Positions 38,588 through 47,628 of a stretch of 64,000 nucleotides of DNA are shown in pieces. The notes beneath the pieces were generated by a model that ran no database searches, had not been told where the DNA came from, and saw only the letters and a list, made by a program, of their open reading frames with translations. Each line of letters opens with the position of its first letter. Within the stretch, counting starts at the first letter, position 1. Position numbers and translations under genes: made by a program. Origin of the DNA: Solirubrobacterales bacterium (GTDB lineage Bacteria; Actinomycetota; Thermoleophilia; Solirubrobacterales; 70-9); the NCBI GenBank assembly GCA_050251335.1, contig JBFWMZ010000010.1:14311-78310 (forward strand), written 5' to 3'.

Positions 38588-39023
38588 GCCCGATCGGGAC
38601 CCGCCGCGTCGTCTCCCCGGGGTCGCGCAGTGGCAGCTCGACCCGCAGCACCCCGTCCTCGTAGGTCGCGCTCGCCCTCTCGGCGTCGACCTCGACCTGC
38701 AGCTCGACCACCCGCCGGAAGGGACCGGTGGGGATCTCCAACTGCTGGTAGACGCGACCCTCGGTCTCCTGGACCGGACGCTGGCCGACGATCGCCAGGT
38801 GGCGGCCGGAGACCTCGATCCCGATCTCGCTCAGCGAGACGCCGGAGAGGTCGACCTCGACCACCGCCCGCTGCGGGTCGCCGCAGTAGTAGACGTCGAC
38901 GTTCGGGGAGAAGCCGCTGCTGCGGCGGCTGACGTAGCGGGTGCGGCCCCAGGCGTCGCCGAGCATCGAGTCCATCTCGCGCCGCATCCGGGCGAAGTCG
39001 GCGAACAGATCGCGCTGGGGCAT
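38580..39023 (-). CDS. Hsp20/alpha-crystallin small heat-shock protein
   Basis: SPNVDVYY...AVVEVDLSGVS...GPFRRVVELQVEVD...ATYEDGVLRVELP. ATG at 39023. Overlaps the lon start by 8 nt. Confidence 0.9.
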
Positions 39024-39061
39024 TGAGAGAAAAGTACCGGGGAGAACCGCTCTTGCGGACT

Positions 39062-39253
39062 CTAGGCGGTTGCCCGGGTCTGGGCGGCCCAGCGGGGAGC
39101 GCGCATCAGCAGCACCGGCTGGCGCGGCGGCACCAGGCCCTCGGGGCGGTCCGGGCGAAAGGTCGCGCACGGCTCGCCGAGCTCGAGGGCGCAGAGAAGG
39201 TTGCGGTGGAAGTAGCACTCCTCGCAGCTGGGGGGCTTCGTCTTTCGGGCCAT
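39062..39253 (-). CDS. Small Cys4 protein (63 aa), hypothetical
   Basis: MARKTKPPSCEECYFHRNLLCALELGEPCATFRPDRPEG... has a C-x2-C-x6-C-x6-C pattern. ATG at 39253. Same strand as hsp20-lon and immediately upstream of it. Confidence 0.5.
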   Translation of the reverse strand: MARKTKPPSCEECYFHRNLLCALELGEPCATFRPDRPEGLVPPRQPVLLMRAPRWAAQTRATA

Positions 39254-39422
39254 CGGCGCGGCGCATCTAAGCACCGACGCCCGGGCCCCGCTGGCCCCTA
39301 TTCCGCAAATCGCTACCTATTCGCCACGACTTTGAAACAGCTTCGTCACGACTTCCCCGGGTTTTGCGAACGCAGCAGTCCTCGGCCCGTTTTCGAGGCT
39401 AGAAGAAGCGTCCACCCGGAGT

Positions 39423-39465
39423 GCGTTCGTCCTTCGAGCGCATATGCCGGACCAACGGCGAACGC
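39423..39465. repeat. Degenerate copy of the 16871-16915 CGCATATG-centred palindrome
   Basis: GCGTTCGTCCTTCGAGCGCATATGCCGGACCAACGGCGAACGC shares the GCGTTCGTC...CGCATATG...ACCAACG.CGAACGC frame with copy 1. Confidence 0.55.
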
Positions 39466-39504
39466 GTTCTGATTAGGGCGCCCGAAGACCGCTTGACTAT
39501 CCCC

Positions 39505-39510
39505 TAGAAT
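39505..39510 (+). promoter_or_regulatory. Candidate -10 box (TAGAAT) giving a leaderless or near-leaderless transcript of the hydroxylase gene
   Basis: TAGAAT ends 8 nt before the ATG at 39519. There is no SD, and no convincing -35 was found. Confidence 0.3.
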
Positions 39511-39518
39511 CTGCCGCG

Positions 39519-40154
39519 ATGGAGGCACACAACGAGGCTCAGGACCGCAGCAGCAAGCTGGCGGCATCGCCGCCGCTCTTCAAGAGCGAATTCCTCAACT
39601 TCTTCTCCCGCGTCCATCCCTCGATCCCGGCGATCATCTTCGTGCCGGTGATCGTGGCGATGGAGTGGATCGGGGTCGAGCGGGGCTACTCGCTCCTCGA
39701 GCTGATCGCCTTCTTCGCGATCGGCCTCTTCATCTGGACCCTGACCGAGTACTGGCTGCACCGGCTGGTCTTCCACTGGGAGCCCGACAACGCCTTCGGG
39801 CGGCGGATGCACTTCATCATCCACGGCATCCACCACGACCATCCCAACGACAAGATGCGACTGGTGATGCCGCCCTCGGTCTCGGTCCCCCTCGCCGCCC
39901 TCTTCCTGCTCGCCTACTGGCTGGTCTTCGGCGACGCCGGCTTCCCGATCTTCGCCGGCTTCATGACCGGCTACCTCCTCTACGACTACACCCATTACTA
40001 CGTCCACCACTTCGTCCCCAAGTCGCAGCTCGGCAAGAAGCTGCGCGAGCAACACATGCGCCACCACTTCCAGGACCACCGGTTCGGGTACGGCGTGAGT
40101 TCGCCGATCTGGGACGTGGCGTTCCGGACGCTGCCCAAGAAGCGCAATCGCTAG
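39519..40154 (+). CDS. Fatty-acid hydroxylase / sterol desaturase superfamily membrane protein
   Basis: His-box motifs HRLVFH, HGIHHDHP and HYYVHH/HMRHH. Confidence 0.85.
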   Translation: MEAHNEAQDRSSKLAASPPLFKSEFLNFFSRVHPSIPAIIFVPVIVAMEWIGVERGYSLLELIAFFAIGLFIWTLTEYWLHRLVFHWEPDNAFGRRMHFIIHGIHHDHPNDKMRLVMPPSVSVPLAALFLLAYWLVFGDAGFPIFAGFMTGYLLYDYTHYYVHHFVPKSQLGKKLREQHMRHHFQDHRFGYGVSSPIWDVAFRTLPKKRNR

Positions 40155-40239
40155 GGCGGGGCGTGGTTGGCGCCTTAGTCCCCTACGCGGGGGAGAAATG
40201 CGCCAAGCAACCCGGCACCGACCGGCCACCCCGCGGCGC

Positions 40240-41436
40240 CTAAGCCCCCGCCCGCAGCGCCAGCTCCAGCTCGAACCGCGCATCGGCATCGTCGAGCTGC
40301 TCGCCCAACAGCTCGCGCAACCGCACGATCCGGTAGCGCGCCGTCTGCGCGTGGACGTGGAGCTCCGCCGCCATCGCCACCGCGTTGCCGCCGTGGCGCA
40401 CGTACGCCAGCGCCGTCTCGCGCATCCGGTCGCGCGCGCCTTCGGTCAGCCCGTCGAACGCGGCCAGCCGGCGCTCGGCAATTCGCGCGGTCACGGAGGA
40501 GCCGGCGAGCAGCAGGAGCTCGGCGAGGTGGTCGTCGGCGGGAACCAGGCCGCGGGCTTCGATTCGCTCCTCGGCCACGGCGTCGAGCAGGCGGCGCGCC
40601 AGCGACCACGACTCGCCAGCCGATCCCGGCGCGACCGGCGGTCCCAGGGCCATCACCGCCCGCCCTCGCCAGCGCCGCAGAGGCTCCAGCCGCCCCGGCC
40701 CCTCCGGGTCCGCCAGCAGCAGGCATCCCGCTCCGTCGACGACCGCCGCCAGCGATTCAGGGGGGAGACGGCGGGCGACCGCGTCGAGGTCGCGCTCGGC
40801 GCAGGCGATCGCCGCGAGGCGCGGGGGCAGCGTCCAGCGAGCCGCCCGGGCGGCCGCGCTGAGCTCGGCCGAGGCCGGCGGCTCGGCGGCGACCAGGAGG
40901 CGGGTCAGCTCGCGCCGGCGGCGCCGGCCCTGGTCCTCGAGCTCGGCCTGCGCCTCGGCGTAGCCGTCGACCGAGTCGGCCGAGATCTCGTCGATGTAGG
41001 CGAAGATCGACTCGGCCAGGAGGCTGAGCGAGTCGGCCGGCAGGCGGGCCCGGAGCCCGGCCGCGGCGAAGCGCCGCCAGGCGACGCGGGCGCCGACCCG
41101 GTAGGCGGCCTGCAGGGAGTCGAGGGTGCGGCCCTGGCGCAGCTCGCCGCGCCCGAGCTGCAGGTACACCTCGCGGCCGGTGCCGCGGCCGGCGTCGGGG
41201 TCGCGGATCACGGCGACGAACTGGGTCAGCGCCTGCGCCACACCCCTCCGCACGCCGCTGCCGAAGCTGCCCTCCAGGGGCCGCGCGTACTCGGGCACCT
41301 CGCGGCCGATCGAGTCGAGGATCTCGGCGGTGGTGGCGGGGATCTCCGCCTCGATCAGGTCGGCGACCCGGGCGGAGAGGCCCCGCCACGGCTCGGGATC
41401 CAGGGTCCGCGTTCCCCTCTCGCCAGAACTTGTCAT
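40240..41436 (-). CDS. PucR-family transcriptional regulator
   Basis: C-terminal PucR HTH: NAVAMAAELHVHAQTARYRIVRLRELLG. Confidence 0.8.
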   Translation of the reverse strand: MTSSGERGTRTLDPEPWRGLSARVADLIEAEIPATTAEILDSIGREVPEYARPLEGSFGSGVRRGVAQALTQFVAVIRDPDAGRGTGREVYLQLGRGELRQGRTLDSLQAAYRVGARVAWRRFAAAGLRARLPADSLSLLAESIFAYIDEISADSVDGYAEAQAELEDQGRRRRRELTRLLVAAEPPASAELSAAARAARWTLPPRLAAIACAERDLDAVARRLPPESLAAVVDGAGCLLLADPEGPGRLEPLRRWRGRAVMALGPPVAPGSAGESWSLARRLLDAVAEERIEARGLVPADDHLAELLLLAGSSVTARIAERRLAAFDGLTEGARDRMRETALAYVRHGGNAVAMAAELHVHAQTARYRIVRLRELLGEQLDDADARFELELALRAGA

Positions 41437-41513
41437 CTATATGCCAAGAATCATCCTACAGAACGTTGCTGATACGCCAATATATGGCATTCAACTCCAG
41501 ATATCTTCATCGC
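41437..41513. promoter_or_regulatory. AT-rich divergent promoter/operator region (PucR <-> desaturase)
   Basis: TCATCTATATGCCAAGAATCATCCTACAGAACGTTGCTGATACGCCAATATATGGCATTCAACTCCAGATATCTTCATCGC is markedly AT-rich against its GC-rich surroundings. Confidence 0.5.
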
Positions 41514-42440
41514 ATGGATGAGATGAGCCGTGCAGAGAAGATCGCCAACCTCGGTGCCGTCGTCGTTCCCTTCGTGGCGACGATCGCCGCCGTCGTCCTC
41601 CTCTGGAACAGCCTGGTGACTCCGGCCGACCTGATCATCGCCGCGGCGATGTACCTGCTGACCGCCGTCGGGATCACCGTCGGCTTTCACCGCCTGCTCA
41701 CCCACCGTTCCTTCCAGACCTCGAAGCCGCTCGAATACACCTTCGCCGTGCTCGGCTCGATGGCGGTGCAGGGGCCGGTGATCGCCTGGGTCGCCGACCA
41801 CCGCAAGCACCACGCCCACACCGACGAAGAGGGTGACCCGCACAGTCCCCACGTCGCCGAGGACGGACACCACCAGGGTGTGCTCAAGGGTCTCTGGCAC
41901 GCCCACACCGGCTGGCTGATGTCGAACCAGGGACGTGCCGACTGGAAGAAATACGCCCGAGACCTCTACGAGGACCAGGGCATGCGGAGGATCAACCGCC
42001 GCTTCCCGCTGCTGGTGCTCGCCACCCTGGCGCTCCCGGCGCTCGCCGGCTTCCTCGTCACCGGCACCGCTCTCGGCGCCCTCACCGGTCTGCTCTGGGG
42101 TGGACTGGTGCGGATCTTCTTCGTCCACCACATCACCTGGAGCGTCAACTCGGTGTGTCACTTCCTCGGCACGCGCCGGTTCGACACCGACGATCACTCC
42201 ACCAACGTCTTCTGGCTGTCGCTGCCCTCGCTCGGCGAGTCATGGCACCACAACCACCACGCCTTTCCGCGCTCCGCGGAACACGGCCTCAAGCGGTGGG
42301 AGCCCGACCCCTCCGGGATGATCATCACCGGCATGGAGAAGCTCGGGCTGGCGCGGAACGTGATTCGCATCTCGCCCGAGCGACAGGCCGAAAAAGCCGG
42401 GGCGAGCAGTCCCGTCAGCGACGCCGCCGAGTCGGTCTGA
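41514..42440 (+). CDS. Acyl-CoA (stearoyl-CoA-type) fatty-acid desaturase
   Basis: His boxes HRLLTHRSF, HRKHHAHTDEEGDPHSP and WHHNHHAFP. Start is ATG 41514 or 41523. Confidence 0.9.
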   Translation: MDEMSRAEKIANLGAVVVPFVATIAAVVLLWNSLVTPADLIIAAAMYLLTAVGITVGFHRLLTHRSFQTSKPLEYTFAVLGSMAVQGPVIAWVADHRKHHAHTDEEGDPHSPHVAEDGHHQGVLKGLWHAHTGWLMSNQGRADWKKYARDLYEDQGMRRINRRFPLLVLATLALPALAGFLVTGTALGALTGLLWGGLVRIFFVHHITWSVNSVCHFLGTRRFDTDDHSTNVFWLSLPSLGESWHHNHHAFPRSAEHGLKRWEPDPSGMIITGMEKLGLARNVIRISPERQAEKAGASSPVSDAAESV

Positions 42441-42583
42441 GACCATCGCTTTAGCGGTTGCAAGATTCCTTACGGTGTGCTGCTGATTTAGCGATTTAAA
42501 GCATTCGCGCTTGTTTCAGTCACTGTGTGTCTGACACACTGCGCGTTGCAGGGCCCACACCTCATGCGACTGAAAGGACTGCG

Positions 42584-42985
42584 ATGGCCCCCACCAATAG
42601 CGTTGTCGACGATGCCCGCGAGCTGGTCGAGAAGCGACTTGCCGAGCTGAACGAGGAGCGCGAGCGTCTCGAGCGCGCCCTCGCCGAGCTCGGCGGCAAG
42701 ATCGCCCGCCGCGCGCCGGGTCGGCCGCGCGGCCGCAAAGCAGCAGCAGCAGCAGCCGGCGGCGGCGCCACCTCGGGGACCGGTCGCAAACGGCGCCGAC
42801 GCCGCGGCGGCACCCGCGCCGACCAGGCGGTGAGCCTGATCGAGAAACAGCCCGGGATCAGCGCCTCCGACGTCGCGAAAACGATGAAAATCAAGCCGAA
42901 CTACCTGTACCGCGTGCTCGGCGACCTGGAGAAAGAGGGCCGCGTCAAAAAGGACGGCCGCAACTACTACCCGGCTGGGGGTTAA
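42584..42985 (+). CDS. Coiled-coil / basic-linker / winged-helix DNA-binding protein (hypothetical)
   Basis: MAPTNSVVDDARELVEKRLAELNEERERLERAL...PGRPRGRK (AT-hook-like)...ISASDVAKTMKIKPNYLYRVLGDLEKEGRVKK (wHTH). ATG follows GAAAGGA. Confidence 0.6.
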   Translation: MAPTNSVVDDARELVEKRLAELNEERERLERALAELGGKIARRAPGRPRGRKAAAAAAGGGATSGTGRKRRRRRGGTRADQAVSLIEKQPGISASDVAKTMKIKPNYLYRVLGDLEKEGRVKKDGRNYYPAGG

Positions 42986-43090
42986 CCCTGGCCGCGGCCC
43001 GAGAAGCTTTAAGACAGCCGGGTCCGCAGCGGGGGTCCCGCGCAAGCTTTCCGTAGGCAGGACGTTCGGGCCCTCGGAGCTCTGTAGCAA

Positions 43091-43171
43091 GGGGCCGGGG
43101 TGGTCCCACCAAAACACACAAGCGAGCGAGGCGGATCCCAGCGAGCGTTTTGGAGGGACCACCCCGGCCCC
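43091..43171 (+). repeat. Copy A of the repeat family: 31-nt core inside a 25-bp (one mismatch) hairpin
   Basis: Arms are GGGGCCGGGGTGGTCCCACCAAAAC (43091-43115) and GTTTTGGAGGGACCACCCCGGCCCC (43147-43171). The loop starts ACACAAGCGAGCGAGG, a 15/16 match to copy B. Confidence 0.7.
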
Positions 43172-43186
43172 ACTTACAGCGGTCGT

Positions 43187-44227
<1,041 letters not shown>

Positions 44228-45442
44228 CTAGGCCATCGCCGACTGCAGGTTCTCGTCGATCGCGGCGAGGAACTCCTGGGTCGTCAGGTAACCCTGGTCG
44301 CCGCCGACGAGCAGCGCGAGGTCTTTGGTCATCTTCCCTTCCTCGACCGTCTCGACGCAGACCCGCTCGAGGGTCTCGGCGAAGCGCGACACCTCGGGGG
44401 TCTCGTCCATCCGCCCCCGCGCCTGCAGGCCGCGGGTCCAGGCGAAGATCGAGGCGATCGGGTTGGTGGAAGTCGGCTCGCCCTGCTGGTGCTGGCGGTA
44501 GTGGCGGGTGACGGTGCCGTGCGCGGCCTCCGCCTCCACCGTCTTGCCGTCGGCCGTCATCAGCACGCTGGTCATCAGGCCGAGCGAGCCGAAGCCCTGG
44601 GCGACGGTGTCGGACTGGACGTCGCCGTCGTAGTTTTTGCAGGCCCAGACGTAGCCGCCTTCCCACTTCAGCGCGGCGGCGACCATGTCATCGATCAAGC
44701 GGTGTTCGTAGCTGATCCCGGCGGCCTCGAAATCGGACCTGAACTCGGCCTCGTAGACCTCGGCGAAGATGTCCTTGAAGCGGCCGTCGTAGCGCTTGAG
44801 GATCGTGTTCTTGGTCGACATGTAGACCGGGAAGCCGCGGTCGAGGCCGTAGCGCATCGAGGCGCGGGCGAAGTCGCGGATCGAGTCGTCGAGGTTGTAC
44901 ATCGACATCGCGATGCCGCCGCCCGGGAACTCGTAGACGTCGAGCTCGATCGGCTCGGAGCCGTCCTTCGGGGTGTAGGTGAGAGTCAGCGAGCCCTCGC
45001 CCGGCACCACCAGGTCGGTCGCCCGGTACTGGTCGCCGAAGGCGTGACGGCCGATCACGATCGGCTTCGTCCAGCCCGGCACCAGCCGCGGCACGTTGGA
45101 GATCACGATCGGCTCGCGGAAGATGACGCCGCCGAGGATGTTGCGGATCGTCCCGTTCGGCGAGCGGTACATCTCCTTCAGGCCGAACTCGTCGACCCGC
45201 GCCTCGTCGGGGGTGATCGTCGCGCACTTGACCCCGACCCCGTGCCGCTTGATCGCTTCCGCGGCTTCGACCGTGATCCGGTCTTCGCTCGCGTCGCGGC
45301 TCTCGATCCCGAGGTCGAAGTAGACCAGCTCGACGTCCAGGTAGGGAAGGATCAGCTGCTCTTTGATGAACGACCAGATGATGCGGGTCATCTCGTCGCC
45401 GTCGAGCTCGACCACCGGGTTCTTGACCTGGATCTTGGCCAC
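44228..45442 (-). CDS. icd: Isocitrate dehydrogenase (NADP), homodimeric ~404-aa type
   Basis: [21 protein letters not shown]...KCATITPDE...[13 protein letters not shown] start at 45442. Confidence 0.95.
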   Translation of the reverse strand: MAKIQVKNPVVELDGDEMTRIIWSFIKEQLILPYLDVELVYFDLGIESRDASEDRITVEAAEAIKRHGVGVKCATITPDEARVDEFGLKEMYRSPNGTIRNILGGVIFREPIVISNVPRLVPGWTKPIVIGRHAFGDQYRATDLVVPGEGSLTLTYTPKDGSEPIELDVYEFPGGGIAMSMYNLDDSIRDFARASMRYGLDRGFPVYMSTKNTILKRYDGRFKDIFAEVYEAEFRSDFEAAGISYEHRLIDDMVAAALKWEGGYVWACKNYDGDVQSDTVAQGFGSLGLMTSVLMTADGKTVEAEAAHGTVTRHYRQHQQGEPTSTNPIASIFAWTRGLQARGRMDETPEVSRFAETLERVCVETVEEGKMTKDLALLVGGDQGYLTTQEFLAAIDENLQSAMA

Positions 45443-45554
45443 CGGGCGGCGATGCTATCTGGACGGCCGCTTCGCCCGCGCGCTCGCCCGCGGCCGAGGG
45501 CCGACTGGCGCGTCAGCCAGTTCAACTGGCACAATGAGTACCCGATGGCAACCA

Positions 45555-45720
45555 GACGAGTGACTCCCAATCCGCGTATGACTGGGGGCGAGCCCGGCCG
45601 AGCAGATCAAGGACGCAGGGCGCAGCCTTTGCCGGTTGGCAAAGGCAAGCCCGAGGACGCAGAGATGCGAAGTGTGCCGGGCGCGTCATCCAGGCGTGCG
45701 GAGATTGGGAGTCACTCGTC
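45555..45720 (+). repeat. Copy C of the repeat family: conserved core inside a perfect 18-bp long-range inverted repeat spanning the aidB-like start
   Basis: Arms are GACGAGTGACTCCCAATC (45555-45572) and GATTGGGAGTCACTCGTC (45703-45720). The core is AGCAGATCAAGGACGCAGGG, then a 9-bp hairpin (GCCTTTGCC-GGTT-GGCAAAGGC), then AAGCCCGAGGACGCAGAGATGCG. Confidence 0.7.
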
Positions 45721-47383
45721 GCGGGAGCGCACCGTCTTCGGCAACCACGAGGTCGCCAACCAGCCGCCGCTGCTGGTCGACTACAACGTCTTCGAGGCCG
45801 ACGCGGTGCTCGGCGAGGCGGTGCGGCGCGAGGGCGCCGAGTGGGCGCGCGAGCGGATCGCCGCGGTCGGCGAGTTCGCCGGCTCGGCGCGGGCGCAGGA
45901 GCTTGGCGCGCAGGCCAACGAGAACCCGCCGCAGCTGCGCACCCACGACCGTTACGGCAATCGCGTCGACGAGGTCGCCTTCCATCCCGCCTGGCACGAG
46001 CTGCTCGGCGCCGCGGTCGGCTTCGAGCTGCACAGCGGGCCCTGGCGCGACCCGCGTCCCGGCGCCCACGTCGCCCGCGGCGCCGCCTTCATCTGCATGT
46101 CGCAGGCCGAGGCCGGGATCGGCTGCCCGATCTCGATGACCTACTCGGTGGTGCCGGCGCTGCGCACCCAGCCCGAGCTCGGCGCCGAGTGGGAGCCGCG
46201 CTTCCTCTCCGACCGCTACGACCCCGAGAACGCCCCGGCGGAGGAGAAGTCCGGGGCGCTGGCGGGGATGGGGATGACCGAGAAGCAGGGCGGCACCGAC
46301 GTCCGCGCCAACACCACGCTCGCCCGCCCGGTGAACGGCGGCGGCCCCGGCGCCGAGTACGAGCTTAGTGGCCACAAGTGGTTCATGTCGGCGCCGATGT
46401 GCGACGCCTTCCTCGTCCTTGCCCAGGCCGACGGCGGCCTCTCCTGCTTCCTCTTCCCCCGCTGGACTCCGGACGGCGAGCGCAACCGCTTCCGCCTGCA
46501 GCGACTGAAGGACAAGCTCGGCAACCGCTCCAACGCCTCCTCGGAGATCGAGTTCGACAACGCCTCGGCCTGGCTGGTCGGCGAGGAGGGCGCCGGCGTG
46601 CGGACGATCATCGAGATGGTCAACCACACCCGGCTCGACTGCGTGCTCGGCGGCGCCAGCGGGATGCGGATCGGGGTCGCCCAGGCGATCAACCACACCT
46701 CCCACCGCTCGGTCTTCGGCACCATGCTGAGCGAGCAGCCGCTGATGCAGAACGTCCTCGCCGACCTGGCGATCGAGTCCGAGGCGGCGACCGTCTCGGC
46801 GCTGCGGCTGGCCCGCGCTTACGACGAAGCGATCGGCGGCGACCCGAAGGCGCAGAAGCTGAAGCGGGTCGCCAACGCGGTGCTCAAGTACTGGATCACC
46901 AAGCGAGCGCCGATGCACGCCGGCGAGTGCCTCGAGTGCCTCGGCGGCAACGGCTACGTCGAGGAGTCGGGGATGCCGCGCCTCTTCCGCGAGAGCCCGC
47001 TGAACTCGATCTGGGAGGGCTCGGGCAACGTCCAGTGCCTCGACGTGCTGCGGGCGATGATCAAGGAGCCGGCCGCGCTCGAGGCCTTCTTCGCCGAGGT
47101 CGCCGAGGGCGCGGCCCAGGAGCCTCGCCTCGCCGCCTTCGCCGCCGAGGTCCGGGCCGAAGTCCCCGGCGAGGTGGCGACGATCGAGCCCCGCGCCCGC
47201 CGCGCCGTCGAGCGGATGGCGCTCGCCCTGCAGGGCTCGCTGCTGGTCCGCTACGGCGACCCGGCCGTCGCCGACGCCTTCGTCGCCTCCCGCCTCTCCG
47301 GCGACTGGGGCCAGGCCTTCGGCACCCTCCCCCCCGGCCTCGACTTCGAGCGCATCATCGACCGCCACCGCGCGCTCGCCTGA
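45665..47383 (+). CDS. AidB-like acyl-CoA dehydrogenase
   Basis: C-terminal 572 aa of track ORF 43976..47383: ...TVFGNHEVANQPPLL.DYN.F..D..L.EAVRREGA.W...MTEKQGGTDV...GHKWFMSAP...SIWEGSGNV. ATG at 45665 is preceded by GAGGAC at 7-nt spacing. Everything upstream in that ORF is antisense to mdh and icd. Confidence 0.9.
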   Translation: MRSVPGASSRRAEIGSHSSRERTVFGNHEVANQPPLLVDYNVFEADAVLGEAVRREGAEWARERIAAVGEFAGSARAQELGAQANENPPQLRTHDRYGNRVDEVAFHPAWHELLGAAVGFELHSGPWRDPRPGAHVARGAAFICMSQAEAGIGCPISMTYSVVPALRTQPELGAEWEPRFLSDRYDPENAPAEEKSGALAGMGMTEKQGGTDVRANTTLARPVNGGGPGAEYELSGHKWFMSAPMCDAFLVLAQADGGLSCFLFPRWTPDGERNRFRLQRLKDKLGNRSNASSEIEFDNASAWLVGEEGAGVRTIIEMVNHTRLDCVLGGASGMRIGVAQAINHTSHRSVFGTMLSEQPLMQNVLADLAIESEAATVSALRLARAYDEAIGGDPKAQKLKRVANAVLKYWITKRAPMHAGECLECLGGNGYVEESGMPRLFRESPLNSIWEGSGNVQCLDVLRAMIKEPAALEAFFAEVAEGAAQEPRLAAFAAEVRAEVPGEVATIEPRARRAVERMALALQGSLLVRYGDPAVADAFVASRLSGDWGQAFGTLPPGLDFERIIDRHRALA

Positions 47384-47486
47384 CTCAGCGCGCCTGACCA
47401 AGCAGTTCAAGGACACAGGGAGCGCCGTGTGCTCTGCACACAAGCGACCGAGGACGCCGAAATGCGCCGGTCAGGCGCGCTGAGTC
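47382..47486 (+). repeat. Copy B of the repeat family: 69-nt conserved core inside a perfect 18-bp hairpin
   Basis: Arms are GACTCAGCGCGCCTGACC (47382-47399) and GGTCAGGCGCGCTGAGTC (47469-47486). The core is AGCAGTTCAAGGACACAGGG, then a 6-bp hairpin (GTGTGC-TCT-GCACAC), then AAGCGACCGAGGACGCCGAAATGCG. The left arm begins inside the aidB-like stop codon. Confidence 0.75.
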
Positions 47487-47628
47487 GAGTCCTGCATCGA
47501 GGCCCTCAGAGGGCACAAATGCAGGACTCGATGCCGGCGAGGGGATCTCTATCGCGTCTGGGCACTCTCGGACTCGGGCCCAAATAACGCCATGAGCTCT
47601 GGGCCTCGCCCAGAAGTGGGCGGCGCAC

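Noticed and set aside
39254-39345. CIRCE or HAIR heat-shock operators upstream of the Cys4-hsp20-lon unit.
   Set aside because: There is no inverted repeat matching TTAGCACTC-N9-GAGTGCTAA or CTTGAGT-N7-ACTCAAG. A TAAGCACC string has no inverted partner.
47382-47486. Integron attC-like reading of repeat copy B. The inner ends of the arms, GCCTGAC...GTCAGGC, are one base away from the attC inverse-core and core consensus (GCCTAAC / GTTAGGC), and a GTTCAAG follows the left arm.
   Set aside because: The stem is perfect, with no extrahelical bases. The other copies have unrelated arms lacking any RYYYAAC/GTTRRRY. There is no intI and no array of same-orientation promoterless cassettes in the window. 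The similarity is most likely coincidental.
47462-47587. The 41-codon ORF with a good SD (GAGGAC-N7-ATG) inside and downstream of repeat copy B.
   Set aside because: The peptide (MRRSGALSRVLHRGPQRAQMQDSMPARGSLSRLGTLGLGPK) is Arg/Gly/Ser/Leu-rich with no features. The SD and ATG are simply part of the repeated core. It is mentioned under the finding but not called as a gene.
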